Positions 1-11,046 of a stretch of DNA of 64,000 bases are shown in pieces. Location: assembly GCA_010909165.1 (NCBI GenBank), contig MU008179.1, positions 806,001 to 870,000 on the forward strand, written 5' to 3'. The stretch comes from Anthoceros angustus (taxonomy: Eukaryota; Plantae; Anthocerotophyta). Both the position numbers and the translations under genes were made by a program. The notes under the pieces were generated by a model, which searched no databases, was not told the DNA's origin, and saw only the letters and a program-made list of their open reading frames with translations. Every line of letters starts with the position of its first letter. Position 1 is the first letter of the stretch.

Positions 1-20
1 ACGGAATACCATACTACGAC

Positions 21-746
21 ATGAGCCCTCAAGGTTGCGAGGCCATGACATGTATTCCGTCAGCCTTACAGCACCAGCTTCCTGGAAGCTCTCTTTCCTC
101 AGGTTCTACAAGGGCTTACTGGAGTTTTGTCACTGATTTTTTTCTGCTGCTGCTTGTTTCGACGATTGCTACTAGTCCAGTAGCGGCGTGGAATCAATCC
201 ACCAGCCTCCTGCTAATAGCTGCCCTGTGGACTGCAGAGATAATGCTACGAAGGAATGCTATGCGACAAGCAGTTTACAGACAAGAGCGGAGACTCACAG
301 TAAGTGTTGCTCAGCTGGGTGCCGGCCACAGCTACGACATCAACGAGTCTGATGACATTGAGGCCTCCACGTTCAGTACTCGTCTCTTGGATATGAACAT
401 GCTCCCTGCTCCTGAGTTTCAATATGAGAACACAATCTTGCCAAGTCTGGGGGGGAGCACCCCCACAGCGCTGTCTGCATCTGTGTCCGAGAATTACGAG
501 GACTATGCAGGTGATGATGTCCCGATTGTCAACGACCTGTGCCTGGGAACCGGCTTCAACAGCAGCAGGTCCACTACAGCCAAGATGACTGGTTTCTCGC
601 AGCTCCCTTCCGTCCATGTGTATTATAACCAACAAGGGTCGGCGGCAGCTCTCAAGGATGAAAGCTGTGCCCTTCCTGCCAGGCGTGACGCGTTGTCTCT
701 CACCTTGTGCACTTCAGTTGAAAGGCGTGAACTGGAGGCTGGTTGA
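21..746 (+). CDS. Unknown 241-aa ORF with two hydrophobic segments (possibly the 3' exon of a gene starting upstream)
   Basis: Long open frame with TM-like stretches (FFLLLLVSTIA, LLLIAALWTAEIML); no family motif recognised. Confidence 0.3.
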   Translation: MSPQGCEAMTCIPSALQHQLPGSSLSSGSTRAYWSFVTDFFLLLLVSTIATSPVAAWNQSTSLLLIAALWTAEIMLRRNAMRQAVYRQERRLTVSVAQLGAGHSYDINESDDIEASTFSTRLLDMNMLPAPEFQYENTILPSLGGSTPTALSASVSENYEDYAGDDVPIVNDLCLGTGFNSSRSTTAKMTGFSQLPSVHVYYNQQGSAAALKDESCALPARRDALSLTLCTSVERRELEAG

Positions 747-1577
747 TGCGTGCAGGTCGAATCAAGTTTCGGATGACAAACCCCGCCGCTACATGCTAAT
801 TGTACTTCATTTTGCTATGCTTCAAGTACGAGATTTTGTTGTGTCCTCTCAGGCACCATGTGAAGCGACAAGGCTGGTACAGAATTTTGCTTCTGTTCCG
901 ATCAGCTTGGTGGATGAGTTGCATCAGGGGCATGCACAGAAGCGCTTGTGCGTCGTTTGCTCGCTGAGCTCAGCACATAGAAATGCGAGGTCCAAGCTTA
1001 AGAACTTTCTTAGACTTTTCTCCAGGTAGCCACTAACTTATGCTTTACGCATGCCGCATGTTTTTTCCACGCACTGTTGTATCCCGTAAGGTTGTGAGCG
1101 GGCATGTAAAACTCGGAACGGTCGATGATTTAATCACTCATGTCTCTTCCCCTCGGTACCGGCTCGCTCTGATGTTCGATCTGATCTGAAAGAACCTTTT
1201 TTTTGTTTTTCTTAGATGGCACTTTCCCCAGTATCTTGCGAACTATGTTGTCCACCTCTTCGTTCATGGCATATTTGCTTGCGGAGGTGAGCACTAGTTG
1301 TTTCCCTCCTCTGGCCATCATGTCTGGGTGAACTCGTTGAGGTGTGTTCAGTATCCTTTTCGATTCCTAACATACGTAACTTCGAGAGCTTAGTTCAATG
1401 CCTAAATTTCTCTGGCCACAGTACCTGCCTCACTTGCCACGGCCTGGCCTGTGAGAGCTGTGTATATGAACTGGCCTGTCCGAGCTGTGTATATGAAAAA
1501 AGTCTCACTGTCTTTTCTCTTCATTCCAGACAGTTGGGATAGACTGGGGGCCAACCTTCCTTGCTGGCGAGATCCCA

Positions 1578-3160
1578 TCAACTTTTCAGCTCCAGCTGTC
1601 CAATGAAGTCCGCATTGAGACCCCCAATGTACAGGTGGTCTCCAACCTGCTGACCTACAGTTACAAAATTGAAGAATTCGCCAGTGGAGTCGCCATACAT
1701 CTTCACAGGTTTTCCATCCTCGCTGATTTCAAGGATATATGCCCCTGAGTATCCAGCATCCACCTTCCTCAACAAGGACGGTGGCAGCAGCGCGACTAAA
1801 TGTTTCAAAAACGGTGATCTCAGTAGTAGAACAACTGTGCTTGAGGCCTGCTCAGAAACATGAAGCCGTCATTTATCAGGGCCTCGTTACCTCTGCGGAT
1901 CTCAATAAAAACACAGAAGTTTCCTACCGGAACGATGGCAACATGGTAAGTTCCATGTCCACTAGCATGCACGTTGTCAGGAAAACCTGGAAGACCGTCC
2001 AGGAAGACCTCCGATGTACCTTGCTTTTCTCCCTTCAGCCAGTATTTGTGCAGTCTCATGCTGGCAACAGACAAGATTAAAACCCTAGTGTGAAAGTTGC
2101 AGACAACCTGGAGCTTAAATTTTCAGAGTGGATTGTTGTGCATGCATCAGAATGACACAAACTCACAGTGTAGTTTCTGCAAAAACAAGGAAGTCTTGCT
2201 TCGTAGACAGAGCTACTCCATTTGGGAAGTGCAAGTCCTTTATCAGCACACTCGTTGTCTTGTCTGCAGGATTATATCGGAGAACTCTGCCATTGGGTCG
2301 ACCCTCCAAGCTATCCATGCGCCAGTTTTTTAACGAGTATTTTGAGCTAGCGTCTGTGAAATATATCATGCCATCATCTGCCACAGCGGCAGCATCTACA
2401 AGCCTGCACACGAGCTACATCTTAGCACAACAACAGCGGATTCTTTGCATATGAGCAAATAATACTGGAAGGAATCCGACAGATTTGTGAAAACAGCTGT
2501 AAATGCCCATCTGAGCTGACAAAGACTTACTTGAATTTGATTCCATCGGCCTCATCTGTGAGAACCGTCGCTCCCTCCTCCGTGACATTCAATAATCCCT
2601 GAAAGCAGCGGCAGATGTACATGTAAGCACTGGCCACCGCTTGATTTTCTGCGATGACATGAACAGCCCATGTAAAAGTTGAGAACCAAGCCACATCCTT
2701 CGAAGAACAGGCCGGCCTCCTTAAGGCTCACACGCAAGACCTTTCCTTAAGGGTAACATGCTGAGGACAATACCAGCTCATCGTAAGGTTCGCAGACAAT
2801 GAGCTCTCCATTATTCCCAAGTGCAAGACCCAATGGATGACCTCCCACATAGGTCCAATTCTCTACCTTGTCCTCAAATGGCCATACCCGCTTGACCCAC
2901 CCATCACTGCAGCCCACATATAAAATGCCTTGGTTGTCCACTACGATGTCCTCTGGCATAGGCAACTTACCCACTCCAATTTTCCTTGCCTCATGCAGCA
3001 AGTTGTTCGGAGTGTAAACACCTTCAGGCTTCGGCAGTTGTGGCAGATATACAGGCTGTGGATCGTTTAAAGGAGAGTTTCTGAGCACTGCCCGGTATGC
3101 AGCAGCAAGAACAAGCGAGATGACAACCGTGACCAAAGCCGCAAAGGCCCCCTGACCCAT
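1578..3160 (-). CDS. Strictosidine synthase-like (SSL/APMAP-type) beta-propeller protein, 5 coding exons
   Basis: Exons about 3160-2774, 2598-2531, 2403-2167, 2060-1928, 1847-1578 with GT-AG ends. Motifs PEDIVVD, GGHPLGLA, IYFTDASSKY, GRVLRYNP, LHFPNGVAL, LPGFPDNV, HLYIGGL; N-terminal TM anchor. Confidence 0.93.
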
Positions 3161-4071
3161 CTTGTAATCTAGCCTTCCCTTTCAAGTTCACTTCCTCTGC
3201 TGTGTACTTCTTGACGTCCTCCCACTCAAACCTGCAAGAGATCTCCGGCCATGCATGACAATCCCAAAAGCCTCAAAAGCATGTCACAAGCAAAATCATT
3301 GAAATAAGGCGAGCACAGACATCATGCAGCCCTTGGCAGTGGTGTTCAGACGAATCAAACTCTCAACTCTGCGTAGCTTATCAGGGGCAAGTGACTGACT
3401 GCAAACAGACTGCAGTGGTGAGAATTGTTTCTACGCGGTCCGCCTTTCATGCCTACAAACAGAGCTCACCTCACTTCACCGGAGACTTTCATGTGCTGAA
3501 AGCTATAGCTAGCGGATAGTCAGTTCATGCGCCTTGCCAGGAATTGCAGAGGAACATCTCAGAGCTGATCGTCTTCTGCCCATTCCGCGTGTTTCAGCAA
3601 CAAAGCTTTAAGATCCGAAGCAGGCTCCAGAACGACCACGAAGAAGCGATGGGGGAGCCAGCGTCCAACCTTTTTCGTTTGGTAGGAACGAGTCTTTGTC
3701 AGCATCAACTCATCAACTCGTAAGGACATCTGCAAGGCTTGAATTGCTGCCAAGCTGTAGGTGGTTTTACCTTACGGAACAGACCGTCGGGATAGGACGA
3801 GCATGTGACTACAGTACGTTCACACCACCGACACAACAGTACGAAACACGTACAGTATCGTGTGATGTGTTATTACAAACCAGTGGCAGCATGTTCTGAT
3901 AAGCGAAAACATGAATTTAGGCAGGACGGAAGTGTTTTGCACCACCAAGTGCGCTGCGTCCAGAAGCGTGGATTCCAGGATAAGGGTAACTGATAAGAAA
4001 CGACGGGTTCTCAATGGAAGTGCCCCTGGCGCACTGCAAATTGTATCTCGAAGCTTTGTGCCTCCCTAAGT

Positions 4072-4225
4072 ATAAGAAGGGAGTTTGAGATGAATTTTAC
4101 GAGGAGACATACCGGAGCCTTCCTCTTGGCCTGCTTTGTGTCTCCCCGAGGATAAGAAGGGAGTTTGAGATGAATTTTGTAAGGAGACATATCGGAGCCT
4201 TGCTCCTGGCATGCTTGTCTGTTAC
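4072..4225. repeat. Two-copy imperfect direct repeat, about 80 bp unit
   Basis: ATAAGAAGGGAGTTTGAGATGAATTTT...GGAGACAT..CGGAGCCTT occurs at about 4072 and 4151. Confidence 0.85.
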
Positions 4226-4793
4226 GTGTGTACTGTGCACTGCAGTCCTACTTGGCTTTGCTCGTTGAGTGTGCCCCAATGGGATGATTGAGAAATATTC
4301 AACCTTGTCTCAAGTTATTCTAGGAGATGGCTGATAGCTAATGATTTTCCGTTGTGGTGTGCCATGTGAATATTGTACCTTCAGGCAGTTCCAACACCTT
4401 CGGTGAAAGCAAGAAGACTGCCTTTCACCACTCTATAATAGTGTTGTATGTAGCCCCCGTTCTCCTCAGATTGTGAGTCATGCAGCATACGTGCGTATGT
4501 AGTATTTGTGTGTAGAGACCCTAACCACATAAACACGAGTGTGAATGCTCGAGTCGTGCCGATTCGTGAGCCAGGCCCCCTCACTGGTAGAAGCTCGTAG
4601 CATGTGTGATATACCCCCTTCTTCTCTCATTTCAAATATCTATCTTTCAGTTCTCGGGCTCATAACTGAACTTAACTCCACATCTCTACCCCGTTGACCC
4701 CAAATGACCTGGCCAATTGTGACTCAACATTCAAAGCTTCCAATAACTTTCCTGCTGGAAGCTGGAGAGGAACATATTCTTCACTTGCAAATG

Positions 4794-4971
4794 CTTGTAG
4801 GTCAAGTGGCTTTCCTTCAGGGAGATGGAGTTGGATCTCAACAATGGCTCATTGCTTCGTATTTGTTTCCTTCATAATCTTCACGTGCAACTGCTTGTAG
4901 GTCAAGTGGCTTTCCTTCATGGAGATGGTCCATAGTTGGATCTCAGCAATGGCTCATTGCTCCGTATTTGT
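4794..4971. repeat. Two-copy imperfect direct repeat, about 100 bp unit
   Basis: CTTGTAGGTCAAGTGGCTTTCCTTCA...AGTTGGATCTCA.CAATGGCTCATTGCT.CGTATTTGT occurs at about 4794 and 4894. Confidence 0.85.
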
Positions 4972-5399
4972 ATATGAGGAAAACAAATGCCTAGCTTTTC
5001 CATTTCTCCTACAAGTTGCAAGGTGTTCCAATCGTTAAGGGGTGTTCTTTCACGCTTTCATGGAGACCAATTGCTTCTCATCCATAATGGAATGATCCCC
5101 TGTTCTCTTTCTTCCTCTTCCTTCTCTTCCTTTTTCCTTCTCTGTCCATCCTCCTTTCAAGGAGTGAGATATATGAATATAGAATTAATTTGGTAAATAT
5201 TCTTATTAGTGATTGTTTTCTTTGGTGTGTCACCCACCTAGTGTAACACACCTCATTCCTTGTTGTAAAGCCTTTGAACGTGTTGTTAAGCCTTCAAATC
5301 TATTGGCAAGTCCTTTGGGCCCGATTTTCTTGTGATTTTCTTCTTTGTCCTTCCTTGAAGGAGTGATAAAATTCTTAGATAATATCCTTTGAGATGCTT

Positions 5400-6330
5400 T
5401 TTTCCACCACTGGATGGCCACTGGATGGGGTGTTACCTTGTGTAACACCTCACTCTTGTTGTGAGACCTTTGAGCATGTTGTAAGGTCCTTTGACTCGCA
5501 TGCTTGAAGCTCATATGAATATTGAAAATAAGTTTTGCACATTACAACCTCGGATATTGGGACCTCTAAAGCGGAGGAGAACATGAAATTGATGGGTATC
5601 GTGCATCACCCACAATGTATTCGTGGATGCTAAAGTTGCCCATTGTCTTGTTCTCACCATTTAAAATATCTAGTACCAATACTTTTCAATATAAGCCTAA
5701 ATTGCTTAGAATTATTGTGTCATTTATAGATCCATGAATTCCAACAACGACATCCAGAAAAAAAATGTTCATATCAACACAATCTTGAATGCACACACTG
5801 TAATCATGATTCTTGTCAAAGTAATCTATGGCCATTTCCCATGACATGGGCTTAATCTTAACGTGTGTGACGTCAATTGTACTACAAAAGTTCTTCAAAA
5901 TGTAGTACCTTTCAAACTTGGCCCTAATGGTTGCTAGTGCTTCTCCTTATGGCCAAGATATGAGGTTTTTGTCTTTTCTGCTCATAGTTCGAATGAATCG
6001 CCACACAAATTTCCATGCTATTATTAATTTTAGTCAATTCGAATTTACAAATCTTCAACCGATTTGAGAGTGTCTCCTGCAGCTAGGTGTCTCAATGCTA
6101 AGGCCACTTGAATGTCGACCACTAACTGTTTGGAATCTGCCTAAAATGTGAGGGAGTTTTTGTCATGAGATTTTCAGCCACCAAGCTGCAAACGTTAGTG
6201 AAAGTTGTAAGAGTTATTCATGAAATTTTGCGAAATTGTTCACGATCTTCATGCCAAGTAGCCTCTTTGAAAAGAGTCCACCATGCCGAGCCTGGGTCCT
6301 CAATGTAGAAGTATTCTATCATACATTTCT
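5400..6330 (-). mobile_element. Decayed PIF/Harbinger (DDE_Tnp_4/HARBI1-like) transposase
   Basis: STIDVTHVKI...DYFDKNHDYSVCIQDCVD..FLDVVVGIHGSINDTIIL and IVGDARYP match Harbinger motifs (GAIDGTHI, GS.HD, GD.GYP); many stops and frameshifts. Confidence 0.85.
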
Positions 6331-6600
6331 TTTGTGACAAGATTGAAATTACTGCAACAACTAGAAGAAACATCATAGTTGAAATCTTGGCAGCAATGCC
6401 CTCTCGAAAATTCAGGTGACTTGATCGCACATGAAGTCCTTTGGGCTGCCTCTCCATGAAGAATTCAAAGTAGCTAGCAACGTTATGGCGGAAGCGAGAA
6501 ATGAACAAATTGCTAGTTTCTTGTTCGTGTCCTAATCTAGAAAACCATTCTGAGAATCAAGTTCTATGCCTCTAGCAAGTCAGTCTCACAACACACGAGC

Positions 6601-6719
6601 GTTTTGTTAACATGGGCGTTTTGTTTACATGGGCATTTTGTTCACATGGGCGTTTTGTTTACATGGGAGTTTTGTTCACATGGGAGTTTTGTTTACATGG
6701 GAGTTTTGTTCACATGGGT
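6601..6719. repeat. Tandem array of seven 17-bp units GTTTTGTT(C/T/A)ACATGGG(C/A)
   Basis: Read directly; lies just upstream of the Harbinger transposase and is probably its subterminal repeat. Confidence 0.92.
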
Positions 6720-8032
6720 GTGTTCCCAAACGTTGCCGGTCATGTTTCCATTTCTTTGAAAACTTATTGTAATCAGTGACCCATGGAAAGCCAAAAGGCA
6801 TGTTCACAATTTCACAAGTTGTGATATAAGCCTGTACTTCGCAGGCTCCATGGAAAGCAGCTCTAATTCTAGCTTCTGACAATCAGAGAGCATTTTTGAA
6901 CCAGAATGGGTTAGTAAGCAGGACGAATCCAAGAACCACATCAATAATACAAGCCTATTATAAAGCAAAAAACCTCGGCAAGCTCAAAACACATAAATAG
7001 TTAAGAAGTGATTTCATTATTAAAATTTTAAAAATATAATAAAATATCTATTATAAAAAATATTTTAGAACATCTATAATAAAAAATACCTATACATCCA
7101 AATTCTTTGCAAAATAAATATAAATAAGACAAAGAATAGTACAAATTTAAAACCTATTCTGGGATAGAAAAGAGAAGAAAGTGTTTTTTTGCATGGTCTT
7201 ACAAGAGTGCCGCCAAGGTTTTTCCCCACCTATGCTTATCACATGGGTTTTTTCCCTTGTCACGAGGTAGATGAGATTTCTCCATATCTTTTTCTGCAAT
7301 AAAGTCTCCAAGGTTCCCTACGCTTATCTACAAATCCCTAATGCCTACAAGGATGGTGTGTGGCATCTAAAAGTGTTGAGACTATTATGCCTCAAAGCCT
7401 CAAAATGTTGAAGTTGTAAATACGGAAACAATGCGCTGGTGCTATTCAAAATTCTAGGACCATTGCGCTGCCCGACATAAACGCCTAAACGTCGAGTGCT
7501 ATATGCTATCTCAAAATTCTGAGACAACCGTGCTGCCCGATATATGCACATAAATGTAAAGAGGAGTGTGTGCTATCTCAAATTGCAGAGACAAGTCTCC
7601 CTTCGAGGAGAACATCTGGCCCAAGTAACCTCCGCTTGGAAATCGGTGTTTACCCCGAACAGGCCTTGACCCTTGGTGGTCGTCAGTCGATAGATCTTGT
7701 AAGGCCCTTCGATGTGTCCTATATCTACCTCCACCATTCGGGGCCTCCGAATTAATTGGAATCCTCCGCGGTTACAAGGCCCTTTGGGGGCTTCTAAACT
7801 ACCTGGAATATAAACACCTAGATATTCGACCTGTTCATAAACCAACAGTCAGCTAACGGGTGCTGTATGCCTACCTATAGGTACGCATATCTGTGAAGGG
7901 CATCTATAAGCAACGCCCTCGAGGGACCGTTCGGCACGCGAGGTGCAGGCCAACCTAAAACCCTAAAACCCTAAAACAGGTCGTCTGGAAACATGAGCTA
8001 TCTACATTTGATCTCGCACGCGTGTTCTCCCC

Positions 8033-9715
8033 CTATCCTTCATTGCGTGCAAGTAAGCTGAAAGGTCCTGCAACATGTTTTTGTCGTCGTGTTCCTGTGG
8101 CACTCCTGGGTTCCAAACTCTCTCCATAACTGAGACCTAAGCTTTGAATCTTCTTCATGACCCCAGTGATTGCAACATCAAAGGCGTCGTTCACCGGGTG
8201 CAGCTCATTACCTGCACCAGCGTACAGTATGCTGGGGATGAGGTTGATAATGGTCCTTTGCATCTTCTTCACTTTGCCTGGGGATACTTCCCTCAGCACG
8301 TCTTCAATCACAGTGCCAGCCCTCACGTCATCCTTGCTGATGAACACAGAGTAGGAACTGCTGTCCTCGGGAAGGTGCCAGAGGTACTGCTGATATGCAC
8401 TCTGCCTCCAAAACAAGACCGGAATGCAACCGGCGATCAGAGAGTCAAATATGGACCTCCTAGTGAAACTGTCACCACGGGGCTGGAGGCAGAAAGTGGA
8501 ATCCAAGAACAGGCTCATGAGCTCATTCCCCGTCTCACACTGCCCCTTGTCGCACCTGAGAGATCGGCAGCTCTTGGAAAGGTGACACTGGTCCAGCAGA
8601 TGGGCTCTGAAATCGTTGAGAAACTGACTTCGAGGAACCCCGGCGAAGGAAAAGAGCGTCCTCCGCTCCGAAGCCCTCACAAGACGTTGCCAAGTTTTCA
8701 GGTCACTTTTCCTCCGGGGGTGAAAGCTGGTCGGATATGGCACTCCCATTTCCTGCTCATCCCAGGGACTCCGTTCAATCACCAGCCTAGTCATGTTTCC
8801 CGCCTCCGGCATGTTGAAGAAGCTGGAGCCCCAGCCATCCTCCGTGGAACGGCGGAAGTCCCAAGTGATCCGCCCAACCATGAGGAAGTGATCCCATCCA
8901 TTGTTCCGCTGAAAGAACACCTGCTGCTCAAGCCATCGCAACAAACCCGTGGCAAGCTCATCTCGCACCGCTGTTCCCGCAGCCGTCCACAGATTCCTGC
9001 TCACGTCCAGACCAGCATAATACGGCACGTAAAACGCAGACGCTCGGTGCGGTTCTTGAGTCCGGCAGGGATGCTCAAGAATGCGCGAGTGGAACAACAC
9101 CTCTCCCGTGAACTGATCCGTGTTGTGCCAGGCACGGCTGAGCTCCAAGACATCCGCCTCCGTCACCGGCAAAGGCTGGGAGAGATTGGCCGCCCTCGGC
9201 CGCCTCAGCTGCTGCAGCCAGGGCAAGATGGAATCCCCAGTGGACGGCCCAAGGCCGGCATTGGACAAGGGGGAACAGAAAGATGCCCAGGGGAAAATGC
9301 TGGAACAATTCGCAATCAGCGCGGCATTGAACTGCGGTGGCAGATCATATACATAAATGCGCTTCCTAAGATCGCACGTGCCACCCGGACGGTAGGACCT
9401 GCGGAGGAAGGCCTCAAAAGAGGCAGGCCGATCATGAACCGTGGAAGCGGCTTCAACAGCAACGGCAGCAGCGGGGGCAGCTCGGGGATGCGGCCAAGGG
9501 CATAACGCGCAGGGCACCTCTCCCAGAAACAGGCAAATGGAGAGAATCTGCAGAGTGACAAACGCCAAGAGAAGCGAGCGGACCAGGACAGCGTACACTG
9601 GCACGCTCGGGAGCGGCCCTAGCCGCTTCCAATTGCCTCCTCTCACCAGCCGCTGATTCAAACTGGCAGCAATGTCCCAACCTGATGCAAGGCTGCGTGC
9701 CTTGCTGCCGGCCAT
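8033..9715 (-). CDS. XLT2: GT47/exostosin xyloglucan side-chain glycosyltransferase, XLT2/MUR3 clade, single exon
   Basis: Type II TM; IYVYDLPPQFN, TDQFTGEVLFHSR, FYVPYYAGL, DHFLMVGRITWDFRR, VPYPTSFHP, FCLQPRGDSFTRRSIFD. The exact ortholog and sugar specificity are not certain. Confidence 0.9.
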   Translation of the reverse strand: MAGSKARSLASGWDIAASLNQRLVRGGNWKRLGPLPSVPVYAVLVRSLLLAFVTLQILSICLFLGEVPCALCPWPHPRAAPAAAVAVEAASTVHDRPASFEAFLRRSYRPGGTCDLRKRIYVYDLPPQFNAALIANCSSIFPWASFCSPLSNAGLGPSTGDSILPWLQQLRRPRAANLSQPLPVTEADVLELSRAWHNTDQFTGEVLFHSRILEHPCRTQEPHRASAFYVPYYAGLDVSRNLWTAAGTAVRDELATGLLRWLEQQVFFQRNNGWDHFLMVGRITWDFRRSTEDGWGSSFFNMPEAGNMTRLVIERSPWDEQEMGVPYPTSFHPRRKSDLKTWQRLVRASERRTLFSFAGVPRSQFLNDFRAHLLDQCHLSKSCRSLRCDKGQCETGNELMSLFLDSTFCLQPRGDSFTRRSIFDSLIAGCIPVLFWRQSAYQQYLWHLPEDSSSYSVFISKDDVRAGTVIEDVLREVSPGKVKKMQRTIINLIPSILYAGAGNELHPVNDAFDVAITGVMKKIQSLGLSYGESLEPRSATGTRRQKHVAGPFSLLARNEG

Positions 9716-11046
9716 GTCGTCCCATCACATTTCATTCCACTTCTTCAAAGTCCAGCCGTCTGCGCTCCTCCGGCCAAGCTTGCATGCTACTTCTTCTTCT
9801 TCGTCCTCTTCCCCTTCTTCAATTCCCCCGTGTTCCTTGCCAGTGGCAGAACAGTTGGCCCACCGTCGCTTTCCCACCGCCGGACGTTCCAGCTACTGAG
9901 CAACCGTAACTGTCCAACTGCTACCAAGCAGCAGAATCATCGGTAAAACTGCACCGGCACTCGCGGCACCGCCTCCATAATCATTCGCAAGGAGGGCGAT
10001 CACATCGTCTAGAACATTCTGGCCTCTCCTCCCCGTTCTACAGTATTCTATGCCTTCCCGCTTCTTCAATCTTTACCCGGCCCTTGAATGTGCAGAACAG
10101 GCTGCTCCCAGCTGTGAAAGCGCGCGGCAGCCTTCATGCAGCGTCTGGGATATCGCGCACTGTGACTCCACTGTCGTTGATGTCGTCTGCCGATGAGACA
10201 TACAGTACATTCGTCGGTGCATGGCAGCATTTGCACAACTTGCAGCCTGTGACAGCTGCAGTGCACTTCACGACACGACTACTTTACTACAGGTAGCTAT
10301 TCTAGTGCCTACTCTGGGGGACACTCCTTCCTTCCCCTCTAGCCTCTTCGTGCCATAAAAACTGCTCCCAGTGACAAATTCAAGTCCCGTGCCGTTGTAG
10401 GCTGTAGCACCAATCCCGCATGTCGAGGCCTGTTTTTCGTTGTCCGAAATTTGAAAGCCAGCGTGGACGAAACCCAGCAGGAGTCCCGTGACCGGGTCGG
10501 CAGCAGTTGGGCAACGTCCCATCTTTCCCTCCATTTCGCAACTCTCTTCTCGTAGCTCCAAACACAAGTATGCCCTTTGCCGCTCTTTGCCGTGACGCCA
10601 TCGCCACCGTCACCGTGACCTACTGCCTGGCTGCCCCTGAACGATCGGAACCTGTGCCTGTCTTGGCCGTTTCAGCGCATCTTGCGCACCGGTTTCCCAC
10701 GCCGTGACATCTGCCGCTCCATGCCATTCTGTTCAAACACAGCGTGACATGAGGACAAATCTGGGGCGACCTTCGCCTCCTCCTGCCACGGTTCGCACGA
10801 GGGAGACGGGACGACTGGCGGGTCGTACAATTCGTGGTAGCGATAATTCATGGGCGTCTGGTTCAGGTGACACGGCACTGTGAGGCAGAGATGGAATTGC
10901 TGGCGGCGCATAAGCATCGGTGAGGCGGGACCATTTTGCGGCGCTCTTTTTTCCAGCTGGGTATCCCTTCTTTGAAGGAGGAGGATCAAGACTTCAGATC
11001 TGGACACAAGCTGGCAGGCAGAAGTAGCGAGACTTGCTTGTTCACC

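Noticed and set aside
1130-1321. 63-aa Lys-rich minus-strand ORF downstream of the SSL gene
   Set aside because: Short, no recognisable family or splice support; may be 3' UTR or a relic.
6601-6719. CRISPR-like regular repeat
   Set aside because: No unique spacers and no cas genes; eukaryotic context. The same applies to the 38-bp and 53-bp arrays.
7573-7845. Possible LINE RT remnant (VEYLGVYI)
   Set aside because: A single weak motif with no supporting domains.
7951-7978. CCCTAAAA telomere-like run
   Set aside because: Only about three units; too short to call an interstitial telomere.
8144-9505. 453-aa plus-strand ORF
   Set aside because: Antisense shadow of the GC-rich GT47 CDS; TTG start and no motifs.
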